From contig OX597831.1 in NCBI GenBank assembly GCA_951406725.2, positions 69,130,001 through 69,194,000 on the forward strand: a stretch of 64,000 bases of DNA. The letters run 5' to 3'. This DNA is from Octopus vulgaris (taxonomy: Eukaryota). The stretch's first letter is position 1, and the number at the start of each line of letters is the position of its first letter. A program made the position numbers and the translations under genes. Below are positions 11,573 to 24,938 of the stretch, in pieces. Below the pieces are notes generated by a model. That model was given only the letters and a program-made list of their open reading frames with translations, made no database searches and was not told the origin of the DNA.

Positions 11573-12217
11573 TGTGTGTGTGTGTGATAATGGTCAAAGC
11601 TAAATATGGCTCATTAGATCAACAAACAATTAATCTATCTATTGCTATTTGGCAAAGTAAATATATTTTCTTATAACAGGACAGAGACAAAATTTATTTG
11701 TCTATAACTAACAAAGAATTTTTTCTCTCTTTTGCTCAGTCTCTTATTTTTCTTCGTTTTTTTTCAGTGTTTTGTTTTTCTTCATAAAAACAATTTTCAT
11801 TTCTTTTTTTTGGCATATATTTTGTATATTTTCCTTGCTAGATATTAATAAATGTCAGACAAATATTAAATTCAATCTTCAATCTTGAAATATAATTGAG
11901 GTTAATAATTTATTGCTCTATAACTGCAAATAGCAAATACGTAACTGAACATGGTGGTGGATCATATCTTTAAGGGGCATTGCTTTTAATGTTTGATGAG
12001 GTTTCTATTTTCTGAGGCAAGCAATTTTTTGTTGTTGACTAACATTACTTACTATGTTTCAGATAGAATCTACAGATTACTGAGTATTGTGTTTTAGCAG
12101 TAAGAATGGATTTTGAGTTGTAAGATATGTGCTGTTCAGTGAAAAATTATCGCAGCCATCTTTTATTTATTTGCTTCAATCAATTTGAATGAATGTGGAG
12201 ATCATAAGAGACACTAT

Positions 12218-13385
12218 ATATTTTTGCTTTCCACTAATCCCAAATGCCACATGATCAACTCGACCAAGTCCAACATTGACCAGGCGAGTAAGTGTATACT
12301 GAGGAAGATTAATGATGACATAGGAAGGCACACGAGCCTCCCTCTATGGTGTAGCACCAGTGAGGTAACCTCATGGTTTGTTGCCAAATGGGACAAAGGC
12401 AGGGTTAGGTTTACACAGTTCGACATTTTTGATTTTATCCATTGATTTCATAAGATCTACTGATGAAGGCACTTTCCTTTGCTAAAGGCTTCACTAATAT
12501 TAGTGATAGTGATGCTAGATTTATCATGCATGCCAGGAAGATGATGCTATTCAGCAAAGATTCAATATGGGTCAAGCAATCTGACCCCAAGAGCTCCTTT
12601 GATATGGCTATAGGAGCATATGACAGCGCCAATGTCTCTGATCTTATCAGATTGTACATCCTGGACATCTTAGGGAAGAGGTTTCTTTCATTCCTCTTTG
12701 GTCTCTGCAGAGATGATGCCCTAGCCATCTCTAGAGGAACCAACGGGCACACACTAAATAGACTTAGGACCTAATTAATGCATTAAGCTCAATGAGACTC
12801 AAGATCACCATTGAGACTAATCTCACCACAGTAGATCTCTTAGATGTTACCTTAGATCTGGGCTTTGGTACATACAGGCCCTATCACAAGCCAAACAAGA
12901 GGCTGCCACCCACCTATAGCTTTCAAGAACCTAGTGAAAAGTGTAAGCAAAGGATCTTGAATCAATCCTCTAGCCAAGATATCTTTGATGCTGCTGCCGT
13001 CTACTAAAATGAGGCACTGACACTGAGTGGGTTTAAGGACCGCATCTCCTACATGCCAGGTCCTATTGCCCAGAAAAGGAAGCACCGCAGAAATGTCATT
13101 TGGTTTGCTCCACCCTTCTCGCTTAACAACAAGACTTGTGTGAGAAGGATTTTCATTAGATTAATTGACAAACATTTCACACACACACACGTAGATACAA
13201 GCAATTATTTAACAGGCACTGCCCTTTAGGAGTGCTCCTAACATAAAAAGCATTTTAACTAGTACCCACAATACAAGGAAGGAGGCAGGTTCTTCTTGCA
13301 GGGTATATAATAACTGTCCGGTAGAAGGCCAATGCAAGGCTGAAGGAGTCACCTACGAAGCTACGGTGGCACCTAGACCTGCTAT
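12218..13385 (+). pseudogene. Penelope-like retroelement RT, linker and start of GIY-YIG (frameshifted)
   Basis: Motifs FTQFDIFDF, FDMAIGAYDSANVSDLI, GLCRDDAL, LKITIETNLTTVDLLDVTLDL…YRPYHKPN, RRNVIWFAPPFS and CPVEGQCKAEGVTYEATV. These fit the PLE type with a GLYRDDGL active site and C-terminal endonuclease. Confidence 0.9.
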
Positions 13386-13771
13386 CCATATTACCAGCAA
13401 TATAATCTCTCCCTCTGAAATAATCCCTTCCTTTATTTCTTGACAACATATATATACGCTTTTCATATCGTTCTCTAAAATAATTTCTTTTCTCTCCATA
13501 GCAATGGCTACTTACTGCTATTTCTCTTATCCCCATTGGGCAAAGTTTGCCATCTTTGTCCATTTCCAGCTATTGCCTCTACCCCTTCTCAGACTTTCAT
13601 TAGTTTATTCCATGTGTTTGGCCATTTGACGACACTCGAAAATATGCACAGCTAAACCAAGAATTTCTCATGATTTTAATGGTCTCATTCATTTAAACCC
13701 ATCTATTCTCTGAAATAATTCTTTCTTGTTTGTTCCACCCCTAAAATGATTAACATTGTATCTTGGCTTCA

Positions 13772-14159
13772 TACTCTTTACTCTTTTATATGTTTCAGTC
13801 ATTTGACTGCGGCCATGCAACGCCTTTAGTTGAGCAAATCGACCCCAGGACTTATTCTTTGTAAGCCCAGTACTTATTCTATCGGTCTCTTTTGCCGAAC
13901 CGCTAAGTGACAGGAACGTAAACACACCAGCATCAGTTGTCAAGCAATGCTAGGGGTACAAACACAGACACACAAACACATACATATACATATATACGAC
14001 AGGCTTCTTTCAGTTTCTGTCTACCAAATCCACTCACAAAGCATTGGTTGGCCTGGGGCTATAGCAGAAGACACTTGCTCAAGATGCTATGCAGTGGGAC
14101 TGAACCCGGAACCATGTGGTTGGTTAGCAAGCTACTTACCACACAGCCACTCCTGCGCC
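13772..14159 (-). mobile_element. SINE family A
   Basis: Full-length family match. Confidence 0.9.
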
Positions 14160-14529
14160 TATGTATATGTATATTTCATATTTTCCTCTAAAACAATTTT
14201 TTCTTGTTTGCTCTGCTCCCTAAAATGACTCTCTCTTGTCTGTGATTGCACCCGCCACCAATACTGGAAATCTCATTTCTCTTACTGGACATCCAGTTGC
14301 CCTTCCCCTCTCTCCTCTTATGTTGGTAATCTCACCACCCTTTCCTTTTTCCTCCCCCATTCTTACATCCACAAGGCTTATATTTACAACACCCCAAGCA
14401 TTTTCATATACAATGCTTCTTTACCCCCCCCCCCCCAGTAGAGGCAACAACCTTAACAATTCTAACATATTTGAATGATGGTAGGTTAAAAGCTAGAACA
14501 ACTATCATGACACAGTTCTATATTTAAGA

Positions 14530-14794
14530 AACAAGTAATTATGTACATTATTTAAATAATTTACAATTGATGGATATTTGTCCTCATCTTGTTTGTTGTT
14601 AACACATTTCGGCTTATATACCATCCAGCCTTCATCAGGTGTCTTGGGAAAATTTCGAACCTAGGTTCTCATTCCTAAGGTATTTTTTGATGTTATTATT
14701 ATTATTATTATTATTATACAAGCATGTGGCGTAGTGGTTAAGAGTGCGGGCTACTAACCCCAAGATTCTGAGTTCAATTCCTGGCAGTGACCTG
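14530..14794. mobile_element. Short repeat: hammerhead-bearing body (minus), (ATT)n, tRNA-like head (plus)
   Basis: Minus 14601-14645 reads GACAC-CUGAUGA-A-GGCU…AGCC-GAAA-U-GUGUU. Plus 14722-14794 has A box TGGCGTAGTGG, arm GGG-CTACTAA-CCC and B box GAGTTCAATTCC. Confidence 0.6.
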
Positions 14795-15110
14795 TAGCTA
14801 TACCATTCTGCAAGCAAGACTAGCCTGAGTTTAAGTACCCTATCACACACCCTCACCACCTCTATGACCTTATCCACCCATTTTCTGTAAGAAGTATACC
14901 TACACCCCCTACTTCATCACTGTTACATTCCCAGAAGCATTTATATTTATGTGCTTTGCCTGTGAGGACTCTGGCTGAAGCTCCTCTCCACCTTACCTCT
15001 TGTATGCAACAATCATCAACAGGTCTCTGTTCAAGCATCTCTATAATCTCACTAGACCTATCTTTCAATGTGCCAACATTTACAGTACCAACTCTGAAAA
15101 CTGGGAGAGA
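14795..15110 (-). pseudogene. RTE-clade LINE AP-endonuclease N-terminal fragment
   Basis: FRVGTVNVGTLKDRSSEIIEMLEQRPVDDCCIQEVRWRG…GGVGILL / DKVIEVVRVCDRVLKLRLV, with one frameshift. Confidence 0.85.
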
Positions 15111-15182
15111 TATGGGAGGTAACACAGGAACACATATTCACACACTCTGTATTTCTCTCACAACAACAACAATCTATCGTTA

Positions 15183-15583
15183 TACTTTTTTACTCTTTTA
15201 CTTGCTTCAGTCATTTGACTGCAGACTTGCTGGAGCACCGCCTTTAGTTGAGTAAATCGACCCCAGGACTTATTTTTTGTAAGCTTAGTACTTATCCTAT
15301 TGGTCTCTAAGTTACAGGGATGTAAACACACCAGCATATATTGTCAAGCGATGTTGGGGGGACAAACACAGACACACAAATATATACACACACATACATA
15401 TATATATATATATACATATATATGACAGCCTTCTTTTAGTTTCCATCTGCCAAATCCACTCAAGGCTTTGGTCAGCCTGAGGCTATAGTAGAAGACACTT
15501 GCCCAAGGTGCCACGCAGTGGGACTGAACCCAGAACCATGTGGTTCATAAGCAAGCTACTTACCACACAGCCACTCATGCACC
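15183..15583 (-). mobile_element. SINE family A
   Basis: Family match with a small internal deletion. Confidence 0.9.
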
Positions 15584-16473
15584 TATTATAAATCCTTAAA
15601 TCCTTAAAAATGTTTCAGCCCAAAGGCTGCAGCCATGCTGGGGCACCTGAAGTTTGTGATGCATAATCTCTAAGTTGAAAACTATACAGCAACACACACA
15701 CACACACACACACACACATGCACACACACACACGCAAATCAAAAAATAACTATCTATATATAGTGAAATTATTTTGTTTTGAAGTTGTGTTGAAACTATG
15801 GCCCCTAAAAGGCTCAATCATTCACAAGTAGTTAATCACTTTAGCAACTGAAAGCTAAAAGCAATGAAATACCTGCAGCAAATCTGAAATTCCAAACTAG
15901 ACAATATAATAATTCCTCCTACACCAAATCATTACATCACTATCTTGTACATTAAAAACGTTTTAACTAAATGAGTTGATATGATGCTATACAAAATATT
16001 CACAAATTCAAACCACAAAACTACTTTGTGAACCCAATTTTTTAGTTTGTTTTGTTCGGTGAAACTCTTAAAAATCAATTGCAAATCCATGGATTATTGC
16101 TAGTTATAAAAATGGGAATTCAGCGAAAAATCCATATCCATGACAAAATTGTGTTCTGCTTATTGACAAAATAAAAGTGTTGCACAAATATATGATTTTC
16201 AAGTTAGAACTAAATATCAGAAATCAAATTTTTATTGAAGTAAATAAAAAATTAAAGCAGTTGGCGGTAAGTTTGTTAGCTAATATCTATCAGAAAACTA
16301 ACAAACCATACATTTTAAATGTCAATTAATGAGGAAAACATCTGTTATTTTCAAATTGATTTTATTTTCTGTATCTATTCAGAAGTTTGGAATAACATTT
16401 ATGAAATATATCAATACTACAGCCGATTCCTCTGCATCTTTATTTCTGTCTTATTCTGCGCACAGGCTTGCAT

Positions 16474-16512
<39 letters not shown>

Positions 16513-16805
16513 TAGTATGAGGGGTTTAGTTCACTTGTGATCTAAATGAATAAGTGCTATAGTTGGTCGACTGTTAGTTTCCAGATGCAGCACGGAATTT
16601 TGTCAGTGAACAGGTCATGGCCTCAAAGCGACGAAAATATTTTGGCAAATTAAATTTAAATGTTGAAGTGAATCTTATGGTGTTTGTGTGTTTCTTAAAT
16701 GGCTTATAACCACCTTCCATGCTGCAATTGTTAGTTTCCAAGATCACGGCTAAGACTGGATCTAGGGATCTGTATTAGGGTTCTGTTACAGCAGGTATAT
16801 ACTAG

Positions 16806-17040
16806 AGGCGAGCTGGCAGAAACGTTAGCATGCCGGGCGAAATGCTTAGTGGTATTTCGTCTGCTGCTACGTTCTGAGTTCAAATTCTGCAGAGGTCGAC
16901 TTTGCCTTTCATCCTTTCGGGGTCGATTAAATAAGTACCAGTTATGCACTGGGGTCGATATAATCGACTTAATCCATTTGTCTGCCCTTGTTTGTCCTCT
17001 CTGTGTATAGCCCCTTGTGGGTAGTAAAGAAAAAGGTATA
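16806..17040 (+). mobile_element. SINE family C (Nin-domain-like centre)
   Basis: GAGCTGGCAGAAACGTTAG…GAGTTCAAATTC…GACTTTGCCTTTCATCCTTTCGGGGTCGATTAAATAAGTACCAGT…CTGGGGTCGAT; other copies at 22809 and 37925. Confidence 0.85.
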
Positions 17041-18292
17041 TCCTAGAGGAAAAATCGAAACCCAAGCAAAATAAGTATCTCAAGTCATTTACAATAATCT
17101 AATTAGAGTGAGGTGAACTTAATTAGAGTAAGGATAACCCATGCAGTAGGTTAGTATGTCCACGTACTGGGTACTCCATCATGAGAGACATAATATAAAT
17201 ATTCTAGATGGAAAATTTACAGTTTACAAGGAATAAAATTCACAGTTTATAAGGAATAAAATAAAATAAAGGAGTAAATAGAAGGGTAAAAAGTAAAAGT
17301 AGTTAGAAGAATACAGGTGGGAGAATAACGTTCACAACTCATCTTTTTCCAGAGTATATGGATGTTGGTTAGTACTTCCATGAAGGTACAGGTCCTTAGT
17401 TAAAATCCTAGGTAAAGCCATAAAGTGAAAAAGTAAAACAGACATAAATGGGTTTTGTGAATGAGTGTATATAGGGGAGAGAGAGAGAGAGGAGAGGAGA
17501 AAGGAATAAAAATAAGATAGGGGTGAAATGGTAAAAATACGAATAAAAAATTAAAATAAAAGCAACTGTAATGATAGAGATATCATAAATAGGTTTGTGT
17601 GTGTGTGTGAGAGAGAGAGAAAGAGAGAGAGAGAGGGATTGAGAGAGAGAGAGAGAGAGAGAGAGGAGAAAACAGTAAAAAAAAATAAGATAGGGATAAA
17701 AGGGTAAAATAGAAATTAAAATGAAAATTAAAATAAAATAATAGTAAAGGTAATGATAGAGATATGTCGGTATTGCATCAGGCTGAGAGGTCAAATGTTA
17801 AAGTTTCAGTAAAGTGGGGTGAAAAGCCAATCTAGGTAAGGTTACAAAGGACAATAGTATTGTGGTTAGTACGGATATTTAAAATTATATTTCAAGCTTC
17901 ATAGCAATTAAATGATACAAAATAAAGGATTAAGAATTAAGTTGAAACTTCAAAATTAAAATTTGAAAATTAAAACTTTAAACTTAAAATTACAAACTAA
18001 GAAAAATAAAACCTAAAAACTGCAAAAACTAAAAATAATTGAATTGAAACTGGTTAGCTTTTAAGATACTTATGTTGTCACAGGTATATGTTGTTATAGG
18101 TTCTATCACAACCTTTAAATTCTTCCATAGATTCAAATGCAAACAAAATCAACATGCATACCACATCCATCCGTGGTCGTTACAATGTATATATATATGT
18201 ATATATATATGTGCGCTTATGTGTGTGTATGTATGTGTTTATGAATGTATGCATATGTGTGTATATATATGTATGTATGCGTATATATACAT

Positions 18293-18402
18293 AACGGGAA
18301 GCTTTATGAAAATAAACAAAAGACGAAGGCAGATGGAAAACAAACGAACAATTGTATTAGTATGGTGCTCAGGAAATATAAATAAAACAAGTCTTTAACG
18401 TT
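18293..18402 (-). mobile_element. Fragment of the PLE-like repeat also seen at 43656-43850
   Basis: Reverse complement aligns with 43750-43850 (…CCTGAGC…ATACTAATACA…CTTCGTCTTTTGTT). Confidence 0.6.
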
Positions 18403-18760
18403 GTGTGTGTGTGTCTGTGTATGCCCTATTTTCCTTCTACTTCTCTATCAACATAGAAGCTAGCTAGTTTTGGATAGGGATGTAGGTATGACTGTATATT
18501 TAAGAAACATCCCTGTGGCTCCTGTGGTTCAACTTTATTGCGTAGCACCTTGGGCAAGTATCTTCTATAACTTAGTGTTAAACAAAATGTTGTGAGTGGA
18601 ATTTAGTAGACAAAAGTTGTGCAGAAAACCATCCTAAACATACATACATACATACATACATCTTTACATATATACATACATACATGTGTATGTACAAATA
18701 TACATACAAGCATACATGCCTATGTACATACCTACCTACCTACATACATACATACATACA

Positions 18761-18791
<31 letters not shown>

Positions 18792-20994
18792 CATTGACTG
18801 GTTTTTATCTTGGAAGACTATAAACACCAATTAGAATAACTAACAAACTAGCATTTTAGGAACAAAATCCTCAACATCAGAAACATATTGAGCCAGTGAT
18901 CTGCGCTTTAGAAACATTACCAAAAATATGGCTCCATAATTGCAATATAAAAAATGAATAAACATCATTACATTTTTTTTTATTAATTTTATATTAATAT
19001 GAAATAAATAATATGATTTACTATAGAACATATATTATGTATTAACTTAAAATCAAAATAGTTAAACGGATTTGTTACCCTTACCAGTTTTAAATCCAAC
19101 AATAATTTTGGAACAAAATTTAGTAGATATTAAAATTTTCAAGAATGAACCTTAAAATGAAGACAGTGAAAATTATATAACCTTTTCAGAAAAGTATAGA
19201 CTTCACTGTTACTTACTGAAATAATCATTGAAGTAAATGTTAAAGATTGTAGACTGATTGATGTAGAGAAAAAAGTAGGGAATGAATAATTCAGAAGTTA
19301 CCCACATGAAAAACAATAAAGTTAATGTTAAGCTTTTTAAGGCACTCAGTTAAGTAAAAAAGAATTTTCTGTGTTGAAGATAAAATAATATTTAAAGCAG
19401 TTAAATGCAGAGTACAATACTAGCCCAGCAACTTCTGTAACACCATTGTTCTTACAAAAGTTGTAGGCCACTTCAGTGCTAAAGAAATTATCACAATTAT
19501 TTATAGTATAATTAGTCACTGAAGTAAAATACTTTTATTGAATGACCTGTATGTAGTTTAAAAAATAGTTAAATGGTAAAATAGAAACCAATACATGACT
19601 AGTATTTTGATAAATTACTTCTATTTTTTTTCTTCATTTTATATCCTTAGTAATTATTAACTACATGGGGATATCAAAATTAATAATTCTTTTACATTTT
19701 CAAGTCTCTTTATCTTGTCTCAGTTTATCTTGTCACTTCTTTACTATTTTTACTAGACTGTGTTTTGTTTATGATAGATTTATTTAATAATTGAAACATA
19801 TAGCATAAAGATAACTTAATTTTCAAGCTGAATGGTTCCTGCCCTATTCCTGGTAGTAGCACAAAGGCCTTGAATAAATCACACAGTATGTATCATTTTC
19901 CTTAATTATAAAATTTATAAATTACTATATCACACTATATAATATCATTAGTATTATAAATGCTGATGAATTAAAATTTACATATGACATATTTTTCTGC
20001 ATTAATACATACACCAACAATCCTTAGAATACTAAAGTGTTAAGATTTTTGATCTAAAGTTTCTATTCCATGAATACATGTTTGATAAATTTTGTTAGGC
20101 CTTTCCATGGAAGGAGAACAATGATAAAAAGCAAATACACTGACAAGTATTATGAGTATTTCTCTGATTCTGAGGCTTATTTCTGCTTCATATATGAAAT
20201 AGGAACAACATTATTCTTGCATGACATGTTATGTTTATTAAAATTCGCTTCTTTTAGACGATTGAAAATCTTTTAAAGATTCTCTGTATTCATTTCTATT
20301 GGTTTTATTGACTTAAAAGAAATGTCCCTCTCGCTCCCTTCCCGTACTTTCAATACACACACACACACACACACATACACACACACACACACACACACAT
20401 ACACACACAAATATATAATGTGTAGAACCATTTTGAGTGAATATTTTAGTTGTTGTACTCAGTTGCTAAATAGTTTTCACTATAAAGCAAATTACACACT
20501 GATCTTGTTTCGGTCAATTAGCAATTGTCAAATGGTGCTGGACTTGTGATCAGTGAGGGTAATCATTTATATTATGTCATCAATGCATCAATAAGTACCT
20601 ACCTAATGTACTAACTCTCAAATAGCTCAGTCCAAATAGGTGAAAATATATATAAGTTACTACTTCTAGTAATGAGAGTAAAGTAAATTACTTGAACATT
20701 AATTAGCTTCCAGAGATAAAATCTAAATTTATTACTGGCACTGGTTTGGGAATAAAAGGCTCTGCCAGACTAACATCCTTCAGTTACACACACCAAAATC
20801 TTCAATGATGTTGCAATAACTTAGTATTTTATAGGTTTGCTTTCTTTATCGATAGCACACTCACACATACACACACACATATGCTCACATACACACACAC
20901 ATACGCTCACTTACACACACACATTACAAAATAATGGGTCTTTTGTATTAACTCTTGTAGATAATCACAAACAATTTTGATCTTATTTTGTATC

Positions 20995-21150
20995 GGGCAT
21001 GGCTGTGTGGTTAGGGAGCTTGCTTCCTAGCTACATGGTTTCGGGTTCAGTCCCACTGCGTGGCACTTTGGGTAGGTGTCTTCCACTATAACCCTGAGCC
21101 GACCGGAGCTTTGTAATTGAATTCGGTAGGTGGAAGTTACTGCCGTGTGT
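20995..21150 (+). mobile_element. Older SINE family A, 5' half
   Basis: GGCATGGCTGTGTGGTT…GGTTCAGTCCCACTGCGTGGCAC…. Confidence 0.75.
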
Positions 21151-21424
21151 GTGTATGTGTGCGTATAGCTGCTCAGTGCCTCTCCAAAAGAGAGAGAGGG
21201 GAACAAATGAATAAATCCCTTCAGAGTACATATGTGCATTTAGTCTTTAGTTATAAAGGCTTTATCACATTACAACATTGTATGTTTTATTTTAAGGAAA
21301 CCTCTTGCTAAATATACACAAAAACTATATTAACGTCATCATTTTTAATACATCTTAAGTTGGATGTGGAAAATAAGGTAACACGCAAAAATGGTGGTGT
21401 TAATCTGTAGAAAGTTCTGTAGCT

Positions 21425-21622
21425 CAGTGGTTCCCAAACTTTTTAGAGTCGCGACCCACTATTTATCACACCTGTTTATGATGACCCACTTATAAGTCTT
21501 GAACTATCTCGATAGACAGAAGTTAATCAAAGCTAATGCGTAATTTTATAACTTTTTGCGACCCACTAAGATTCCGTTCGCGACCCATCTGTGGGTCGCA
21601 ACTCATAGTTTGGGAACCACTG
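21425..21622. mobile_element. hAT (Charlie-like) MITE
   Basis: Perfect 16-bp TIR CAGTGGTTCCCAAACT/AGTTTGGGAACCACTG, 8-bp TSD CTGTAGCT/CTATAGCT, and internal GCGACCCA subterminal repeats. Confidence 0.92.
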
Positions 21623-21974
21623 CTATAGCTTATTATATGCTAAGACAATGAAACACCTAAAAACCTACATTTAGAATATGGCTCACAAAATGTTTAGTCT
21701 TCAAATATTTTACGAACTTCTGTGGCTTCACTTTCTTTATTTTGATACAATTTCAAATGAATATGTTGATTGAACCTGCACATGTGGAATTAAACAGAAA
21801 TTGTTTTCCTGTCAAATGTCAGAACTGTTATGATGCTTGGAGCATTGAAGCAATGAGCATCACCTGTTGAGCTTGAACATGACTCTGCTGAGCATACTCA
21901 ATAATTAGTGTTCAGGTAAAATATTAATGAGCTGAGAGGATCTTTGAAGATACTCTGCAATGTTGTTTTTGTCC

Positions 21975-22150
21975 CAGGTTATCCCTGACTGAAGTGGCCA
22001 GTGGTATTCCAGCTATGACCATCCTATCCATCTCTTGGACTTTGCATGTCTAGGACATCATTATCTAATGTGTCCCTCCATTTCCAGGAGTGTAATTCAA
22101 GGGAAATTCAGCAGCTATATCTTGCAGGTTGAACAGCTATGTAGACACTG
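21975..22150 (+). mobile_element. Old interspersed repeat family E
   Basis: ATTCCAGCTATGACCATCC…CATTATCTAATGTGTCC…GTGTAATTCAAGGGAAATT…GCTAT. Related copies lie near 36350-36525 (-), 60935-61493 (+, split by a SINE), 61585-61765 (+) and 63135-63192 (-). Confidence 0.55.
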
Positions 22151-22808
22151 GCTTAATATATGCAGAGAAAGTAGCTCTTTGTGTTTGTGTGTATGGCTGG
22201 AGTAAATGGTGTGTGCTAACCATAGGATATATCCTGGTGGAGTTAAACCAATGAAGTTGCAAGTTAAGATATCAGGATGTTAGATAGATGAATTAACAGA
22301 ACATCAAAACAAGTGGTAAAATGCTGTGCTTTTTGGCTTTAACTATAGTAGCATAGTTTGTGAGAAGGATGTTAAAACAGGCAAGAAGATGGAGATGATG
22401 ATGATGATGATGATGATGACAGTTATCCAATGCTAAACGGTTCAGTATAAGGCTGTAATTAGGTTTAAATGTGATTATGTAGTCAATATTATAGTTGTCC
22501 AATCACTTCATTATGTTGCCTCATGAAGTCGGGTGGATTGGAAATAAAATTCATAGTAATGTGGCCCTTTATATTCTGTGTTCAAATATAACAGGCTGAC
22601 AATGTCTTTCAACTTTCTGGGATGATAAAATAAAGTACTAATCAAGCACTGAGGTTGACATAATTAAATGTTCCTTTCCACCAGATTTCTGGTCCTGTGG
22701 TTATACAATAAATTATTCCTGTTAGGTCTTTTAATGCCCAACACTTTATGGATGATTCAGAATTGGGCACAATACCTTGTAGTTTTTGTTCTGAGTTCTG
22801 AGTATATA

Positions 22809-23044
22809 AGGCGACGAGCTGGTAGATACGTTAGCATGCCGGGCGAAATGCTTAGTGGTATTTCGTCTGTGGGTACATTCTGAGTCCAAATTCCGCCGAG
22901 GTCGACTTTGCCTTTCATCCTTTCGAGGTTGATTAAATAAGTACTAGTTATGCACTGGGGTCGATATAATCGACTTAATTCGTTTGTCTGTCCTTGTTTG
23001 TCCTCTCTGTGTTTAGCCCCTTGTGAGTAGTAAAGAAATAGGTA
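22809..23044 (+). mobile_element. SINE family C nested in an older related SINE
   Basis: Full copy flanked by the direct repeat TTTGTTCTGAGTTC (22785-22798 and 23045-23058). The host SINE continues to about 23195. Confidence 0.85.
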
Positions 23045-23202
23045 TTTGTTCTGAGTTCAAAGTCTACCAAGGTCAACTTTGTCTTTTATTCTTCTGGGGT
23101 CAATAAAATACAATACCTGTCCAAGACTATCGATGGCATAACTGATCGTTCCCCACCCACCAAATTTTTGGCATTGGGCTTATATTAGAAATGATTATTT
23201 TT

Positions 23203-23474
23203 GCTTCCTAATCGGAGACCCCCTTCAGTCACGACACAGACCATGGGATTGCACCTAGAAAGTTACCCTCCTAGACACAAGTCCAGGCGAGTTTGTTTAT
23301 GGAAGACCAGCAGTCGCCCATGCATACCAGCCTCCCCTCTCCATGCCACCAGTGTTATCCAAGGGAAAGACAAAGGTCGATACAGCTTGGCACCAGTGAC
23401 ATCGCAACTCATTTCTACAGCTGAGTGAACTGGAGCAACGTGAAATAAAGTGCCTTGCTCAAGAACACAACATG
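23203..23474 (-). mobile_element. SINE family D (CORE/Meta-like body), 5'-truncated, third tail type
   Basis: Reverse complement GTGTTCTTGAGCAAGGCACTTTATTTCACGTTGCTCCAGTTCACTCAGCTG is shared with 40343 and 43356; the tail is unique. Confidence 0.7.
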
Positions 23475-24682
23475 ATATGGAATAAAAATTCATTTCTGTC
23501 GATCAGACATTTATTCAAATATTTTTTCCACACAGATCATTCCACTGTTTTGCCATTTTCTCTTGTTTCTTTCTGAATAAATATAGAATCAAAGCTAAAA
23601 CTAAACATACCTCATGTTTTACTAACAATCTTTTTCCTTGGTCTCTGTCTAATTAACAATATGTTAAAATTTATAAGGCAATTGCAATATCTTACATAAG
23701 AAGATATGTGTGCAATATAGTACATTTAAAAAAAATCTAAATAAGTTACATTTAAATTTCTTTAAAAGTTGAAAGACACCTTTTCTATTAAAAAGATATT
23801 TTTAACCTAAACTGCAATTAGTGTAGGAAAATTGCATAACTTGGACATATTAATATCTCTATTCATTAAACTAAATAATTTTGGGTAATCTGTTATTAAA
23901 ACAAAATTATGCTCAATAGCAACATTGGTTGATAGATTTTTTTCCTAAAATATTATTTGAAGGAATTACTGTGCAACTTTTGTTTAACAAAAGTATGTAA
24001 ATTACAAATTACATTCACTTCAGTTTTAAACTTACTTAAAATGATCTCCTACATAGAGTATACACATGGCATATGTTAGAGCAATAGTACCAGTCTAAAG
24101 AATGTAGAACGAAATAGCTAAGTGTATTCATAATGAGTTCAAAACAGCTGCAAGGATTTCACAGTATTTTTGGCAGGACACTTTATTCTACATTCTTAGA
24201 GGAATTTTTCTCTGGTATCTTAGACTGCACAAAATTCATGAATTCATTCTTAAAACTGTAAATCAGTGAGCAATTTTTCAATAAGCATGTATCAGAAGAT
24301 GCTTCTACACATTTTTTTGGTTTTATCACATGAAGAGGCTCATGAAAAATATATTTTATGTGAATTGCATTATACTGCAGAGGAGGACATTAGAATCTTA
24401 AATGAAGAAATTGCCTGTAATAGACATTACTTCTAATTGTTTTAGATTTTTAAATTGCATTATGCAACACATTAATGACTTTGTTGGTCTTATGACACTT
24501 GCTCTAGACAACCATATCTTTTGTATAGACCACTGTTGGTCTGTCTGGACCATTAATGGCCCATACCAAAAGCTTGATGGTCTGCCTTGACCCAACTATA
24601 TAATACTACAGAACTACAAAACTGAAAAAAAAATATGAGCCCTTTAGATACAAGGGTTTGTGAGTGGATCAACATATTTTAT

Positions 24683-24899
24683 CTTTTATTTTTTACTTGT
24701 TTCAGTTATTTGACTGTGGCCATGCTGGGGCACCACCTTGAGGAATTTTAGGCAAACTAATTGACCCCAGTACTTATATCTTTTTAAACCTGGTACTGAT
24801 TTCATTGGTCTGTTTTGCCAAACCACTAATGTTATGGGGATGTAAACACACCAACACCAGTTGTCAAGTGGTGACGGGAGATAAAACACAGACACAAAG

Positions 24900-24932
<33 letters not shown>
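24683..24932 (-). mobile_element. Older SINE family A, 3' half (5' half at 27160-27305)
   Basis: Ends in the SINE's internal CA/TA microsatellite, where an RTE LINE is inserted. Confidence 0.8.
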
Positions 24933-24938
24933 AAGAAG

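Noticed and set aside
14722-14794. tRNA-Ser gene
   Set aside because: ACT anticodon, no long variable arm and a poor acceptor stem indicate a SINE-type head. The other A/B-box heads in the window are rejected for the same reason.
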